41,581 bases of DNA from Elusimicrobiota bacterium. GTDB taxonomy: Bacteria > Elusimicrobiota > Elusimicrobia > UBA1565 > JACRDR01. Under the pieces are notes generated by a model. The model made no database searches. It was not told the DNA's origin and saw only the letters and a list, made by a program, of their open reading frames with translations. Shown here one piece after another: positions 1 to 9,210 of this stretch; positions within the stretch are counted from its first letter, which is position 1, and each line of letters opens with the position of its first letter. A program made the position numbers and the translations under genes. The stretch lies in assembly GCA_041694815.1 (NCBI GenBank), contig JBGFSC010000037.1, forward strand, positions 1-41,581. Direction: 5' to 3'.

Positions 1-5
1 CGCAT

Positions 6-104
6 CTAAAAACAGTGAGACGGTCTTAGAACCGTGCCACGGATTGCAGGCAGTCTTTCTTGGCTAAGCGTACCGCGGATCGCTGGGAACTTGACATTCA
101 ACAT
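6..104 (-). CDS. Possible 32-aa small ORF with a duplicated PAIRGT motif (MLNVKFPAIRGTLSQERLPAIRGTVLRPSHCF)
   Basis: ATG at 104, TAG at 6-8. The two PAIRGT copies differ only at synonymous third codon positions. The stop abuts an ATG (5-3) that runs out of the window. Confidence 0.3.
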   Translation of the reverse strand: MLNVKFPAIRGTLSQERLPAIRGTVLRPSHCF

Positions 105-130
105 AGCAAGCGCGTAAAAGTCGCCGTTTA

Positions 131-928
131 TTAGGTCGTTTCCTCTTCGCTCGGAGCTTCCCGAGCATTGACCCGCATCGCCTGCCACAGATAGATCGCG
201 CCGACGAGCAGGCTCAAGGCGGGAAAGTACTCGATCCTTTTGGGGATGAATAGGTGCGCCGCCTGGAGGACGATGACCGGCGTCTGGGCGTACACCGAAA
301 GGTGGAATATCTCGCGCCGGTCGAGATTGCTGGAAAGCGCGAAATTAAGCATCAACCCCAGGAAGGCATAGACGAACGTGGTCGCCGCTTTCCAGACGAA
401 AAAGAGGACCCAGGTCACCAAGAAGGACAGCGGGTATAGGATCTTGCTCATGAGCGCCGCCGCCCCCCTGTAGAACTCGGCGTCTAGGGTCACCGGGCCC
501 TGCGCGCTCAACTTGGATAGATCGTAGGTCTCCAGCCGCTCGGGCATGGGCGCGACGTAGAGCCGATCCTGGGTCAGGTAGGCGAAGACCTTCTTTTCGC
601 CCATTTCCTTCAAATCGACGGGCGCCTTGCGTTCCGTATCGATGAGCACGGACAACCAGGGTAGGGACGGGTGTTGCAGGCGCAGCGGGCCCTGAACCTT
701 CGCCGAGGCCTTTCCTCCCTCGATGCGGATCTCCGGCACCTCGCGGGCCGCCCAGGCCACGCTTTCTTGGACAAGGGGCTGGGCCTTCCGGTACATCGCG
801 ATGGCGGATGTGAACGCGAAAAGGCCGCAGACGTAGAGCAGGTAAGCCAACGCGCGGCCGGTGGAGCGGCGCATGGCCTGCCCGTAGAAGGCGAAGTCGA
901 CCAAGCTCAGCAGCGGCTCAAGCCACAT
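131..928 (-). CDS. DUF1189-like integral membrane protein
   Basis: 265-aa ORF with an N-terminal TM segment, a soluble domain and C-terminal TM helices containing SVYAQTP. -10-like TACACT (942-937) lies 8 nt before the ATG. Confidence 0.7.
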   Translation of the reverse strand: MWLEPLLSLVDFAFYGQAMRRSTGRALAYLLYVCGLFAFTSAIAMYRKAQPLVQESVAWAAREVPEIRIEGGKASAKVQGPLRLQHPSLPWLSVLIDTERKAPVDLKEMGEKKVFAYLTQDRLYVAPMPERLETYDLSKLSAQGPVTLDAEFYRGAAALMSKILYPLSFLVTWVLFFVWKAATTFVYAFLGLMLNFALSSNLDRREIFHLSVYAQTPVIVLQAAHLFIPKRIEYFPALSLLVGAIYLWQAMRVNAREAPSEEETT

Positions 929-934
929 GGAGCG

Positions 935-1180
935 CTAGTGTAACAGGTGCTGCAGCAAGACCGCAAGCCGATGCCGATTTTCCGTTTTGCGGGCGGGCGC
1001 CGGCGGCGAGCGCCGAGGGGCTGCGACGGGCCCGCGCCGAGCGAGCGCCGGCAGGCCGCGCACTCGGGGACCGGCCTCGAGGATGATCGAGCGCCTACCG
1101 TCGGCGCGACCTCCCAATTCCGCGGCGTCTGCGAAGGCGACGAAGGACGCGATGAATAAAATCGGGGCTAAGAGTCTCAT
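935..1180 (-). CDS. Small secreted hypothetical protein (81 aa, Arg/Pro-rich)
   Basis: Signal peptide MRLLAPILFIASFVAFADA. TACACT (1192-1187) lies 6 nt before ATG 1180, so a leaderless start is preferred over ATG 1186. Confidence 0.55.
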   Translation of the reverse strand: MRLLAPILFIASFVAFADAAELGGRADGRRSIILEAGPRVRGLPALARRGPVAAPRRSPPAPARKTENRHRLAVLLQHLLH

Positions 1181-1214
1181 GCGCATAGTGTAGCGGTCGC
1201 GTCGGCGCGCGCCT

Positions 1215-1252
1215 GAGGCCTAGGGCCTAGGGGCGCCTAGGCCTTTCGGGAA
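1215..1252. promoter_or_regulatory. Tandem 14-bp palindromic boxes (array A)
   Basis: GAGGCCTAGGGCCT at 1215-1228 and AGGCCTTTCGGGAA at 1239-1252, period 24. The proximal box is 22 nt from the -10 of the 935-1180 gene. Confidence 0.6.
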
Positions 1253-1293
1253 TGCATGGAACTTTTCGGGCCGTCGATCGTACTAGTGGGCGT

Positions 1294-2067
1294 TCATCGG
1301 GAGGAAGGGCGCGAGGCCTCCCGCACCGAGAGAAACAAGGTCAGCGCGGCGAAGGCGGTCATGACGCCCAGGCAGAGCAGCGGGTCCGGCATGGACGCGC
1401 CGTGGAGCAGCAGGCCGCGCTGCAGCGAGGCGACGCTGTAGGTGATGGGGTTTAAGATCATGACGACCTTCAGCCACAGGGGCACCCCGACGGCGGGAAA
1501 AAGGGCGCCGGAGAGAAGCCACATTGGAATCAAAAAAAGATTCATCACGGCGTGAAAACCCTGCGTCGAATCCAGCCGCCATGCCAACAAGAACCCGAGA
1601 CCCGCCAAGCCCAGAGCCACGAGGAACAGCGAGATGAGTAGCAGGGGCAGCGCCCAGAGGCTCAGCCGCAGCCCCGCCGCCGGCGCCAGGATCAGGAAGG
1701 TCAGGCCCTGCAGGAAGCCCAGCGAGGCGCCGCCCAAGATCTTGCCGAGAACTAGGCTCAGCCTCGGAACCGGCGCCACCAGTACGCCCTGGAGGAAGCC
1801 TTCCCTCCTGTCTTCAATCACGGAAATCATCGAGAAGATCGAGGTGAACAAGACGATCAAGACGATCGTTCCCGGAAAGAAGAATTGCAGATAATTGGAG
1901 CCGTAAGGCAGGCCCGGCGCGTAGAAGGAGCCGCTGAGTCCCGACCCGATCAAGAACCAGAAGACGACGGGGGGCGCTAGGGCGCCGATAAGCCGGCTGC
2001 GGTCGCGGTAGAAGCGCAGGATCTCGCGCTCGAGCAGGCAGAGGGCGGGGCTTAAGATTTCCCTCAT
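1294..2067 (-). CDS. ABC-2 type exporter permease (DrrB-like)
   Basis: Start MREILSPAL at 2067, overlapping the ATPase stop (ATGA). Motifs FFFPG, EDRREGFLQGVLVAP, LLSGALFP and NPITY. Confidence 0.9.
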   Translation of the reverse strand: MREILSPALCLLEREILRFYRDRSRLIGALAPPVVFWFLIGSGLSGSFYAPGLPYGSNYLQFFFPGTIVLIVLFTSIFSMISVIEDRREGFLQGVLVAPVPRLSLVLGKILGGASLGFLQGLTFLILAPAAGLRLSLWALPLLLISLFLVALGLAGLGFLLAWRLDSTQGFHAVMNLFLIPMWLLSGALFPAVGVPLWLKVVMILNPITYSVASLQRGLLLHGASMPDPLLCLGVMTAFAALTLFLSVREASRPSSR

Positions 2068-3002
2068 GCCCCGTCCCCGTTCCAGAAGCGATGGCGGGTG
2101 TGGTGGATGAACACGTCCTCGAGCGTCGGCCGGCCCACCGTGATCGAGTCGATCTGCCGAGGGAAGGACTCGAACAGCGGGGGGATGAAGGAATGAGCCT
2201 CGCGGCGTTCGATGCGTATGGTGTCGTCGACTACCGCGGGATCGCCGCCGAACTTCGCCCGGATCTCCTCGCAAAGCCTGGCCGGCTCGGCGGTCCGGAT
2301 GGAGACGACCTCCCCGCCGATCGAGCTTTTAAGCTCCTCGGGGGTGCCGGAGGCCACCAATCGGCCTCGGTCGAGTATGGCGAGCCGATCGCAGTTTTCG
2401 GCCTCCTCCATGAGATGAGTGGTCAACAAGACGGTGATCCCGCCCTCCTTGAGCTCCTTGAGATGCGCCCAGAGGTCCTTGCGCGCGCCGGGGTCTAGGC
2501 CCGTGGAAGGCTCATCAAGCAAAAGCAACTCGGGGCGGTGCAGTAGGCCCTTGGCGAGCTCCACGCGCCGCCGAAGCCCGCCCGAAAGGGTCTCGGTCAG
2601 CTCCCGGGCGCGATCGCCCAGGCGCAGGCGGTGGAGGGATTGCGCGATGCGCTCTTGGAGTTCGGAGCCGGCGAGCCCGTAGAGCCGGCCGTGGTAGCGC
2701 AGGTTTTCCTGCACCGTCAGCTTGCGGTCGAGCCCCGGGTTCTGAAACACGACCCCGATGCGCCGACGGAGCTCGGCCGGGCGACCCAGCACGTCGATCC
2801 CCAGCACGGATGCGCTCCCACCCGAGGGGGCCAGCGAGCTCGCCAGGATGCGGAAGGCGGTGGTCTTGCCGCCGCCGTTGGGGCCGAGCAGCCCGAATAT
2901 CTCGCCTCGGCGCACCTGGAGGTCCAAGCCGTCTAGCGCCGCCCGCGCGGAGCCGGCGTAGCGATGCGACAGCGCCTTGGTTTCGACCGCCAACTCGCTC
3001 AA
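2064..3002 (-). CDS. ABC transporter ATP-binding protein (DrrA-like)
   Basis: Walker A GPNGGGKTT, signature LSGG, Walker B LLLLDEP, C-terminal PTLEDVF. TTG start overlaps the upstream stop (TTGA). Confidence 0.92.
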   Translation of the reverse strand: MSELAVETKALSHRYAGSARAALDGLDLQVRRGEIFGLLGPNGGGKTTAFRILASSLAPSGGSASVLGIDVLGRPAELRRRIGVVFQNPGLDRKLTVQENLRYHGRLYGLAGSELQERIAQSLHRLRLGDRARELTETLSGGLRRRVELAKGLLHRPELLLLDEPSTGLDPGARKDLWAHLKELKEGGITVLLTTHLMEEAENCDRLAILDRGRLVASGTPEELKSSIGGEVVSIRTAEPARLCEEIRAKFGGDPAVVDDTIRIERREAHSFIPPLFESFPRQIDSITVGRPTLEDVFIHHTRHRFWNGDGA

Positions 3003-3559
3003 TTCAGGCCTTCCCACTCCGTTTCCGTCCGTTCCAGCTTTTGGTTGGCCCAGCGGGCGGCGGTAAAGAGATGGTCGGAGAGCCGGTTGAGGTAGACGAT
3101 GAGGCGCTCCGGGACCGCCTCGCGCTCGGCGAGCGCGACCGCGCGCCGTTCCGCCCTGCGGCAGACGGTGCGCGCCAGGTGCAGCTGCGCGCCGGCCGTG
3201 GAGCCGCCGGGCAGGATGAATTTTTTAAGGGGCTTGAGCTCGGCCGTCCAAGCGTCGATCTCGGCTTCCAGTGCGGAGACGGCCGAGGCCGGCAGGCGTT
3301 CGGCCAGGGAGGCGGATTTTTCCGCCGGCGAGGCCAGTATGGCGCCGATGGTAAAGAGCTCTTTCTGGATCCGGCGCAGCGAGCCCTCCAGCCCGCCCAA
3401 GCCCTCCCGCGGCAGCGAGGCCAGGACCGCGCCGAGCGAGGAGTTGAGCTCGTCGACCTCGCCGTAGGCTTCCACGCGGGGATGATCCTTGCGCAGGCGC
3501 CCGCCTCCCCAAAGCCCGGTGTCCCCGCGATCGCCGGTCTTGGTGTAGATCTTGCTCAA
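2999..3559 (-). CDS. pduO: ATP:cob(I)alamin adenosyltransferase, PduO type
   Basis: KIYTKTGDRGDT, YGEVDELNS, FILPGG, ARTVCRRAER and YLNRLSD motifs. TTG start at 3559. Confidence 0.92.
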   Translation of the reverse strand: MSKIYTKTGDRGDTGLWGGGRLRKDHPRVEAYGEVDELNSSLGAVLASLPREGLGGLEGSLRRIQKELFTIGAILASPAEKSASLAERLPASAVSALEAEIDAWTAELKPLKKFILPGGSTAGAQLHLARTVCRRAERRAVALAEREAVPERLIVYLNRLSDHLFTAARWANQKLERTETEWEGLN

Positions 3560-4281
3560 AAGCGCGCCCCGAGGCCCATGTCCGCCCCGGGGATCCCATG
3601 GAGCAGCGTGAAGGCGCCGTAGAAATGGAAGAAGGGCAGAGGGGAAATATCCACGCCCGCGGTAAACCGCGTTCCGTTGGCCGTCGCCGACATGCCGGCC
3701 AGGCCCGGGACCGCCGCGGAGCCGACGGTCACCTTCGTCGAGTCCCAACCCGCGCCGATGTAGGGGTGTACGACGGGGAGGTTGAAGGAGGCCGCGGCGT
3801 TGAGCGAGAAATGCGTCGCGCTGAAATGGGTCTGATTGACCTTGTCCCCGAAGGCCGAAATCGAGATGTCGGGCAGCACGGACAGCAGCCCGCTTTTATG
3901 GATGCCGTAACGCAGGCCTCCGCCGAAGACGCGGGTGCCGGCCATGCTCATGCCGTGCACGATCACGTCGAAATTGAGCGGCAGGCCCACTTCGGCCTGC
4001 AGCAGGGGAAAACCGAAGGCCTTGACGTTGGAGTCGCGCAATATCGTGTCGTTCTTATCGGGGCGGAACTGCAGGGTGCTTACCACGCCGACATCGAATC
4101 CGGGGAACCCCAGGGTGCGCCCCGAATGGAAGGCGGCTCCGCCGAGAATGCCCCCGATATCCAGGGCAAAGGGTTTGAGATTGGCGGCAGTCACCCGGTT
4201 ATGGAAATCGCCGAGAGGCGTGCCGAGTGCTGTTTGGGAAATCGCCGCAATGGTTAATAATGTTAGCAGGTATCGTTTCAT
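3556..4281 (-). CDS. Putative outer-membrane beta-barrel protein (DUF6588-like)
   Basis: Signal peptide, amphipathic beta-strands and a terminal Phe (GLGARF). Promoter TTGTCT(4318-4313)-N17-CATAAT(4295-4290)-N8-ATG. Confidence 0.65.
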   Translation of the reverse strand: MKRYLLTLLTIAAISQTALGTPLGDFHNRVTAANLKPFALDIGGILGGAAFHSGRTLGFPGFDVGVVSTLQFRPDKNDTILRDSNVKAFGFPLLQAEVGLPLNFDVIVHGMSMAGTRVFGGGLRYGIHKSGLLSVLPDISISAFGDKVNQTHFSATHFSLNAAASFNLPVVHPYIGAGWDSTKVTVGSAAVPGLAGMSATANGTRFTAGVDISPLPFFHFYGAFTLLHGIPGADMGLGARF

Positions 4282-4324
4282 AAGTACGCATTATGGAAAA
4301 TAGGCGATGCGCAGACAAGCCGAT

Positions 4325-4360
4325 TATCCACAAACTTCTCGCGAGAGAAGTTTGTGGATA
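4325..4360. repeat. Perfect 16-bp inverted repeat containing DnaA-box sequences
   Basis: TATCCACAAACTTCTC-GCGA-GAGAAGTTTGTGGATA. TTATCCACA at 4324-4332 and a 1-mismatch box on the opposite arm. Confidence 0.7.
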
Positions 4361-4361
4361 G

Positions 4362-5336
4362 TTAATCTCCTATCGCCTGATGGGTTGGAATGGATTGCGA
4401 ATGATTGAACGAGGAAAAACGTCCTTTTTCACCATTAAGGTAGCGAAGCAATTCGACGGCCCGGGCGGGCACTTTTCGGAAATAGCAATGCACGCTCCAG
4501 TCTCTAGGCAACGGGATCGTTTTCACTGTTCCATCGGGCAGTTGCCTCATCGAATTTTCATTTTTGCCTCTTGTGATAATTCCTTTTAGCCGTAGAGTTT
4601 CTGCATCGAACACGGGTCCGCCAGAGGCACCGGGGAAAACACTCAGATTGGCATAAAATTCTATATCTTTCTCTCCTAAAACCGGGGCATTCCCAGTTAC
4701 CTTTGCCGGAAGGCCTACAGGATGGCTGATCGAAAAAACCTGGGTCCCCGGTTTGACTGCCGAATGTTGGTCCAGCTTGACCGGTTTTCGAGGCGTCGCC
4801 GGTCGATCCAACCGGATCAATGCCCAGTCATCCGTTCCCTTCAGTCCGAATGCCAAGATATGGCCGGTGAAAACATTCTCGACAGAGATTTCAGGGCCCT
4901 CTTTCCGTCGCAAGTCAAAATTAAAAACAAAGCGAATCGTTTCAATGGATTTATTCTCTATGCAATGTCCTGCCGTTAAAACGATGTCCGGACCGACAAG
5001 TACGCCGGAACAAAAAGCTCCGCGCACCTGTCCATAAAAGCGTTCTTCCGGACTAAGCTTAACGTAAGGGGTGGGGGTGGCCTGAAAGTTGGCAACGGTC
5101 TCCTTAGCCATTTGTTGCGTGACTTCGACGTAAGACCAGCCATTGATCTGAACCACGCCTTGCGTGATTTTTAGGGAATTTTCCATAAACAGCGCCACCG
5201 TGGCATCGGCTAATTCGCGAATCGTTGGATTGGCGATCTCATAAAGTTCTTTGCGATCATCTTCCCCATAAACCGGCATCGCCTCTACGAGGGTAGGGGA
5301 CAGCAGGACGGCGAATACAAGCATATGCAGCCTCAT
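4362..5336 (-). CDS. Secreted trypsin-like (S1) serine protease, paralog 1
   Basis: Signal peptide, then MPVYGEDDR. Triad motifs VLTAGHC, DWALIRL and GASGGPV. Lower GC than the flanks. TACACT lies 6 nt before the ATG. Confidence 0.88.
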   Translation of the reverse strand: MRLHMLVFAVLLSPTLVEAMPVYGEDDRKELYEIANPTIRELADATVALFMENSLKITQGVVQINGWSYVEVTQQMAKETVANFQATPTPYVKLSPEERFYGQVRGAFCSGVLVGPDIVLTAGHCIENKSIETIRFVFNFDLRRKEGPEISVENVFTGHILAFGLKGTDDWALIRLDRPATPRKPVKLDQHSAVKPGTQVFSISHPVGLPAKVTGNAPVLGEKDIEFYANLSVFPGASGGPVFDAETLRLKGIITRGKNENSMRQLPDGTVKTIPLPRDWSVHCYFRKVPARAVELLRYLNGEKGRFSSFNHSQSIPTHQAIGD

Positions 5337-5471
5337 GCTACTAGTGTACACTGGCGCCCACTGGCAGGCCAATCAATTTTTATTCATAAAAGAAATCATT
5401 ATTAATAAATGATTTTTTTATATCTTGTTGTAGGCTTGTTATGAAGCTGAATTTAAGGCCCGCCGCTTTTT

Positions 5472-5504
5472 ATACTTGATTAATTCAGTCAGGTATGTTA
5501 TTCT
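5472..5504 (+). promoter_or_regulatory. suf operon sigma70 promoter overlapped by an IscR type-1-like operator
   Basis: ATACTTGATTAATTCAGTCAGGTAT (5472-5496) matches the IscR type-1 consensus ATASYYGACTRWWWYAGTCRRSTAT at 24/25. -35 TTGATT 5476-5481, N17, extended -10 TGtTATTCT (hexamer 5499-5504). Confidence 0.85.
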
Positions 5505-5525
5505 AATTTGGTTCTAGGAGGACGC

Positions 5526-6284
5526 ATGCCACCCTTGCTTCAAATAGAGGATCTGCACGTTCAGGTCGACGGAAAGCCCATTTTAAAGGGCGTAAATTTG
5601 AAGGTCGAATTGGGACAAGTGCACGCCTTGATGGGCCCTAACGGCTCCGGCAAAAGCACCTTGTCCAATACCCTGATGGGCCATCCGAAATATCGGGTAA
5701 CCCAGGGGCGCATCCTATTTGAGGGCGAGGATATCACGGCGGCCAAGCCGCATGAGCGGGCCCGCAAAGGGATATTCCTGGCTTTCCAGTACCCCATGGC
5801 CATCCCGGGGGTCACGGTCGCCAATTTCCTGCGCACGGCGCTCAAGGCGGTCCAGGGCGAGGGGATCATCAAGACCTTCCGCAAGAGCCTCAAGGAGAAG
5901 ATGCAGGCCCTGGAGATGGACGAGAAATTCGCCACCCGCTACGTCAACGACGGGTTCTCGGGGGGCGAGAAAAAGCGTCTGGAGACCCTGCAGATGGCGA
6001 TGTTCGCGCCGAAGCTCGCGGTGCTCGACGAGACCGACTCCGGCCTCGACATCGACGCGCTGCGCATCGTCTCGGCGGGCATCAACGGCGTCGCCTCCCC
6101 CGCCAACGCGATCCTGCTCATCACCCATTACCAGCGCATCCTCGATTACGTCAAGCCCCATTTCGTCCACGTGCTCATCGGCGGCCAGGTCGTCCATTCG
6201 GGAGGGCCCGAGATGGCCAGCGAGCTCGAGAAGAAGGGCTACGACTGGCTGCAGCCGAAGGAAGAGAAGCTGGTGCAGGCGTAA
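5526..6284 (+). CDS. sufC: Fe-S cluster assembly ATPase SufC
   Basis: [30 protein letters not shown] and ITHYQR motifs. SD AGGAGG precedes ATG 5526. Confidence 0.97.
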   Translation: MPPLLQIEDLHVQVDGKPILKGVNLKVELGQVHALMGPNGSGKSTLSNTLMGHPKYRVTQGRILFEGEDITAAKPHERARKGIFLAFQYPMAIPGVTVANFLRTALKAVQGEGIIKTFRKSLKEKMQALEMDEKFATRYVNDGFSGGEKKRLETLQMAMFAPKLAVLDETDSGLDIDALRIVSAGINGVASPANAILLITHYQRILDYVKPHFVHVLIGGQVVHSGGPEMASELEKKGYDWLQPKEEKLVQA

Positions 6285-6296
6285 GCCCCCAAACCC

Positions 6297-7715
6297 ATGG
6301 CTAATATATCCGACATCCACGGCATCAAGGAAGATTACGGGACCAAGTACGGTTTCCACGACGAGGAGAATTACGTCTACAAGTCCCGCAAGGGCTTGGA
6401 CCGCGACGTCGTCATCGAGATCTCCAAGCGCAAGCAGGAGCCGCAATGGATGCTCGATTTCCGGCTTAAGGCCTACGACATCTTCCTCTCAAAGCCGCGG
6501 CCGACCTGGGGCAATTGCGATCTCGTCAACGCCATCGATTTCGACGACATCTATTACTATCTCAAGCCTTCCAAAGAGACGGCCGACAAATGGGACCAGG
6601 TGCCGCCGGACATTAAGAATACCTTCACCAAGCTCGGCATCCCGCAGGCGGAACAGAAGTTTTTGGCCGGGGTGACGGCCCAATACGATTCGGAGGCGGT
6701 CTACCACCAGATCAACGCTGAGCTCCAGAAGCAGGGCGTGATCTTCCTCGACATGGACGCCGGCCTGCGCGAGTATCCGGACCTGGTGCGCGAGTATTTC
6801 GGCACGGTGATTCCGGCCGCCGACAACAAGTTTGCCGCGCTCAACTCGGCCGTGTGGTCGGGCGGCTCCTTCGTCTACGTGCCCAAGGGGGCGAAGGTGG
6901 CGATGCCCCTGCAGGCCTATTTCCGCATCAACGCGCAGAAGGCGGGTCAGTTCGAGCGCACCCTCATCATCGCGGATGAGGGCTCCAGCGTCCATTATAT
7001 CGAGGGCTGCACGGCGCCCACCTGGAGCGAGGACGCGCTGCATTCGGCCGTCGTCGAGCTCATCGCCAAGCCCAGCGCCCATATCCGCTACACCACGATC
7101 CAGAACTGGGCCAACAACGTCTACAACCTCGTCACCAAGCGGGCCGTCGCGCATGAGAACGCCTTCGTGGAGTGGGTCGACGGCAATCTCGGATCGAAAT
7201 TGACGATGAAGTTTCCCTGCGTCTACCTGGTCGGCCGCGGCGCCAGGGCGGAGATACTCTCCTGCGCCTTCGCCGGCAAGGGCCAGCACCAGGACACCGG
7301 GGCCAAGCTCGTCTTCGCCGCGCCGGATACCTCGGGCACCATCACCTCCAAGTCGATCTCCAAGGACGGGGGGCGCGCGAGCTACCGCGGCCTGGTCAAG
7401 GCCTACCCGCAGGCCACCGACGTCAAGGTCAACGTGCGCTGCGACGCGCTGCTGCTCGACCCGATTTCACGCTCGGACACCTATCCGACCATGGAGATCG
7501 ACGGCCGCCGCGTCAACGTGGGCCATGAGGCCTCGGTCTCCAAGATCGGCGAGGAGCAGCTCTTCTACCTGCAGAGCCGCGGCTTGAGCGAGGCCGAGGC
7601 CACGACGATGGTCGTCAACGGGTTTTTCGAGGCCTTCACCAAGGAATTGCCGCTCGAGTACGCCGTAGAGCTCAATCGCTTGATCCAGCTTGAGATGGAG
7701 GGAGCCGTCGGATGA
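6297..7715 (+). CDS. sufB: Fe-S cluster assembly scaffold SufB
   Basis: [39 protein letters not shown] and [13 protein letters not shown] motifs. Confidence 0.98.
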   Translation: MANISDIHGIKEDYGTKYGFHDEENYVYKSRKGLDRDVVIEISKRKQEPQWMLDFRLKAYDIFLSKPRPTWGNCDLVNAIDFDDIYYYLKPSKETADKWDQVPPDIKNTFTKLGIPQAEQKFLAGVTAQYDSEAVYHQINAELQKQGVIFLDMDAGLREYPDLVREYFGTVIPAADNKFAALNSAVWSGGSFVYVPKGAKVAMPLQAYFRINAQKAGQFERTLIIADEGSSVHYIEGCTAPTWSEDALHSAVVELIAKPSAHIRYTTIQNWANNVYNLVTKRAVAHENAFVEWVDGNLGSKLTMKFPCVYLVGRGARAEILSCAFAGKGQHQDTGAKLVFAAPDTSGTITSKSISKDGGRASYRGLVKAYPQATDVKVNVRCDALLLDPISRSDTYPTMEIDGRRVNVGHEASVSKIGEEQLFYLQSRGLSEAEATTMVVNGFFEAFTKELPLEYAVELNRLIQLEMEGAVG

Positions 7716-8902
7716 GCGTCGCCGCCTCTGCTCCCGTTTTGGAGCGTCTGCGCCGCGAGGCCTGGGAGGCCTTCCGGCGCGCGAGCGACCCGCTTAAGAC
7801 CGCCGAGACCTGGCGGCGCATGGATTTCGGCTCTTGGAACCTAGGCGCGCTCCAGGCGCCGGCCAGCGACGGGTGCCAAGCGCGCCTGCCCGCGCTCGAG
7901 GCGGGGCTCGCGGCCAAAGGGGTGATCCTCTGCGCCCTGGAAGAGGCAATGGCGTCGCATCCGTCGCTGGTGGCCCCTCATCTGCGCCGCGGCGTCGCCG
8001 GGCCGGATTTCGCCAAGCTGGAGGCGGCCAATCTGGCGGGTTTCTCCGCCGGCGTTTTCCTGTACGTGCCGCCGGGCGTGGCCGTCGACAAGCCCATCGA
8101 GCTCGCCTTCCATCACGATCCCGGGATCCCGTTCGCGTTCCCGAGGGCGCTGGTGATCCTGGGCGAGGGCAGCCAGGCGACCGTGGTCGAGGGGCATGAG
8201 GCGCGGCAGTCGGCGGAGACGGCCGCCTCCGTCGCCTTCTCGCAAGCGGTGCTCGGCAAGGGCGCGCGTCTCGATTATTTCTACAACCAGGCCTTGCCCA
8301 AGAACGCGGTTCATTTCTGGCATCAAAACGCGGAGTTGGAGGCCGGCGCGCTCTTGCGCCATTATTCGATCCTCTTGGGCTCCCACCTACACAAGAGCCA
8401 GCTCGACGTCGCCCTGAGCGGCGCCGGGGCCCGCAGCGAGCTCTTCGGCCTAGTCTACGGCCGCGACCAGCAGTTCTTCGACCCGCACACCACGCAGTGG
8501 CATCGCGCGCCGCGTACCGAGAGCGACCTGTTGTTCAAGGTGGCTCTGCAGGACCGCGCTCGCTCGATCTACACGGGGCTCATACGCGTCGAGAAGCAAG
8601 CCCTCGAGTCGGACGCCTTCCAGCAGAACGACAACCTGCTGCTCTCCGACTCGGCGCGCGCCGACACGACCCCCGTGCTCGAGATCTTGACCGATCAGGT
8701 GCGCTGCAAGCACGGGGCCACGATGGGTCCGGTCTCTCCCGACGAGCTGTATTATCTCGGCTCCCGCGGCCTCGCTCCCCAGGAGGCGACGAAGATGCTG
8801 GTCGCGGGGTTCTTCGACAGGGTCCTCCGCCACCTGCCCGCGAGCCATCAGGAGCGCTTCTCCTCCGAGATCGAGGCCGAGCTCTCGCGGAGGCTTCTAT
8901 GA
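7712..8902 (+). CDS. sufD: Fe-S cluster assembly protein SufD
   Basis: ETWR, beta-helix region, [17 protein letters not shown] and YYLGSRGL. Coupled to sufB. Confidence 0.93.
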   Translation: MSVAASAPVLERLRREAWEAFRRASDPLKTAETWRRMDFGSWNLGALQAPASDGCQARLPALEAGLAAKGVILCALEEAMASHPSLVAPHLRRGVAGPDFAKLEAANLAGFSAGVFLYVPPGVAVDKPIELAFHHDPGIPFAFPRALVILGEGSQATVVEGHEARQSAETAASVAFSQAVLGKGARLDYFYNQALPKNAVHFWHQNAELEAGALLRHYSILLGSHLHKSQLDVALSGAGARSELFGLVYGRDQQFFDPHTTQWHRAPRTESDLLFKVALQDRARSIYTGLIRVEKQALESDAFQQNDNLLLSDSARADTTPVLEILTDQVRCKHGATMGPVSPDELYYLGSRGLAPQEATKMLVAGFFDRVLRHLPASHQERFSSEIEAELSRRLL

Positions 8903-9207
8903 GCCCGGCGGTAGCGGTGGGCAAGGCCTCGGAGATCGCCGTCGGGCAGATGCGTATCGTCCACGCCGGCGGGCGTCGCGTCGCGCTGTGCAATGTGGAG
9001 GGCAAATTTTACGCCATCGAGGATATCTGCACCCATGACGACGGGCCGCTCGGGGAAGGGACGCTGCGCGGAGCCGTCGTGGAATGCCCCCGGCACGGGG
9101 GGCAATTCGACGTCAAGACCGGAGCCGCCGTGCGCATGCCGGCGGTAGTCCCGGTCCGGACTTTTCCGGTGCGCGTCGAGGGCGACGAGATTTTTATCGA
9201 GGCTTGA
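8899..9207 (+). CDS. Rieske [2Fe-2S] ferredoxin
   Basis: CTH...CPRHG Rieske ligands. ATGA overlap with sufD. Confidence 0.93.
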   Translation: MSPAVAVGKASEIAVGQMRIVHAGGRRVALCNVEGKFYAIEDICTHDDGPLGEGTLRGAVVECPRHGGQFDVKTGAAVRMPAVVPVRTFPVRVEGDEIFIEA

Positions 9208-9210
9208 ACG

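Noticed and set aside
1258..1272. Third box in array A (GGAACTTTTCGGGCC)
   Set aside because: It resembles the motif but is off-phase (19-20 bp rather than 23-24 bp), so I did not count it.
4322..4368. Hairpin after the protease as an integron attC site or oriC
   Set aside because: There are no matching RYYYAAC/GTTRRRY ends or extrahelical bases and no integrase. Two DnaA boxes without a box cluster or adjacent dnaA/dnaN are not enough for oriC.
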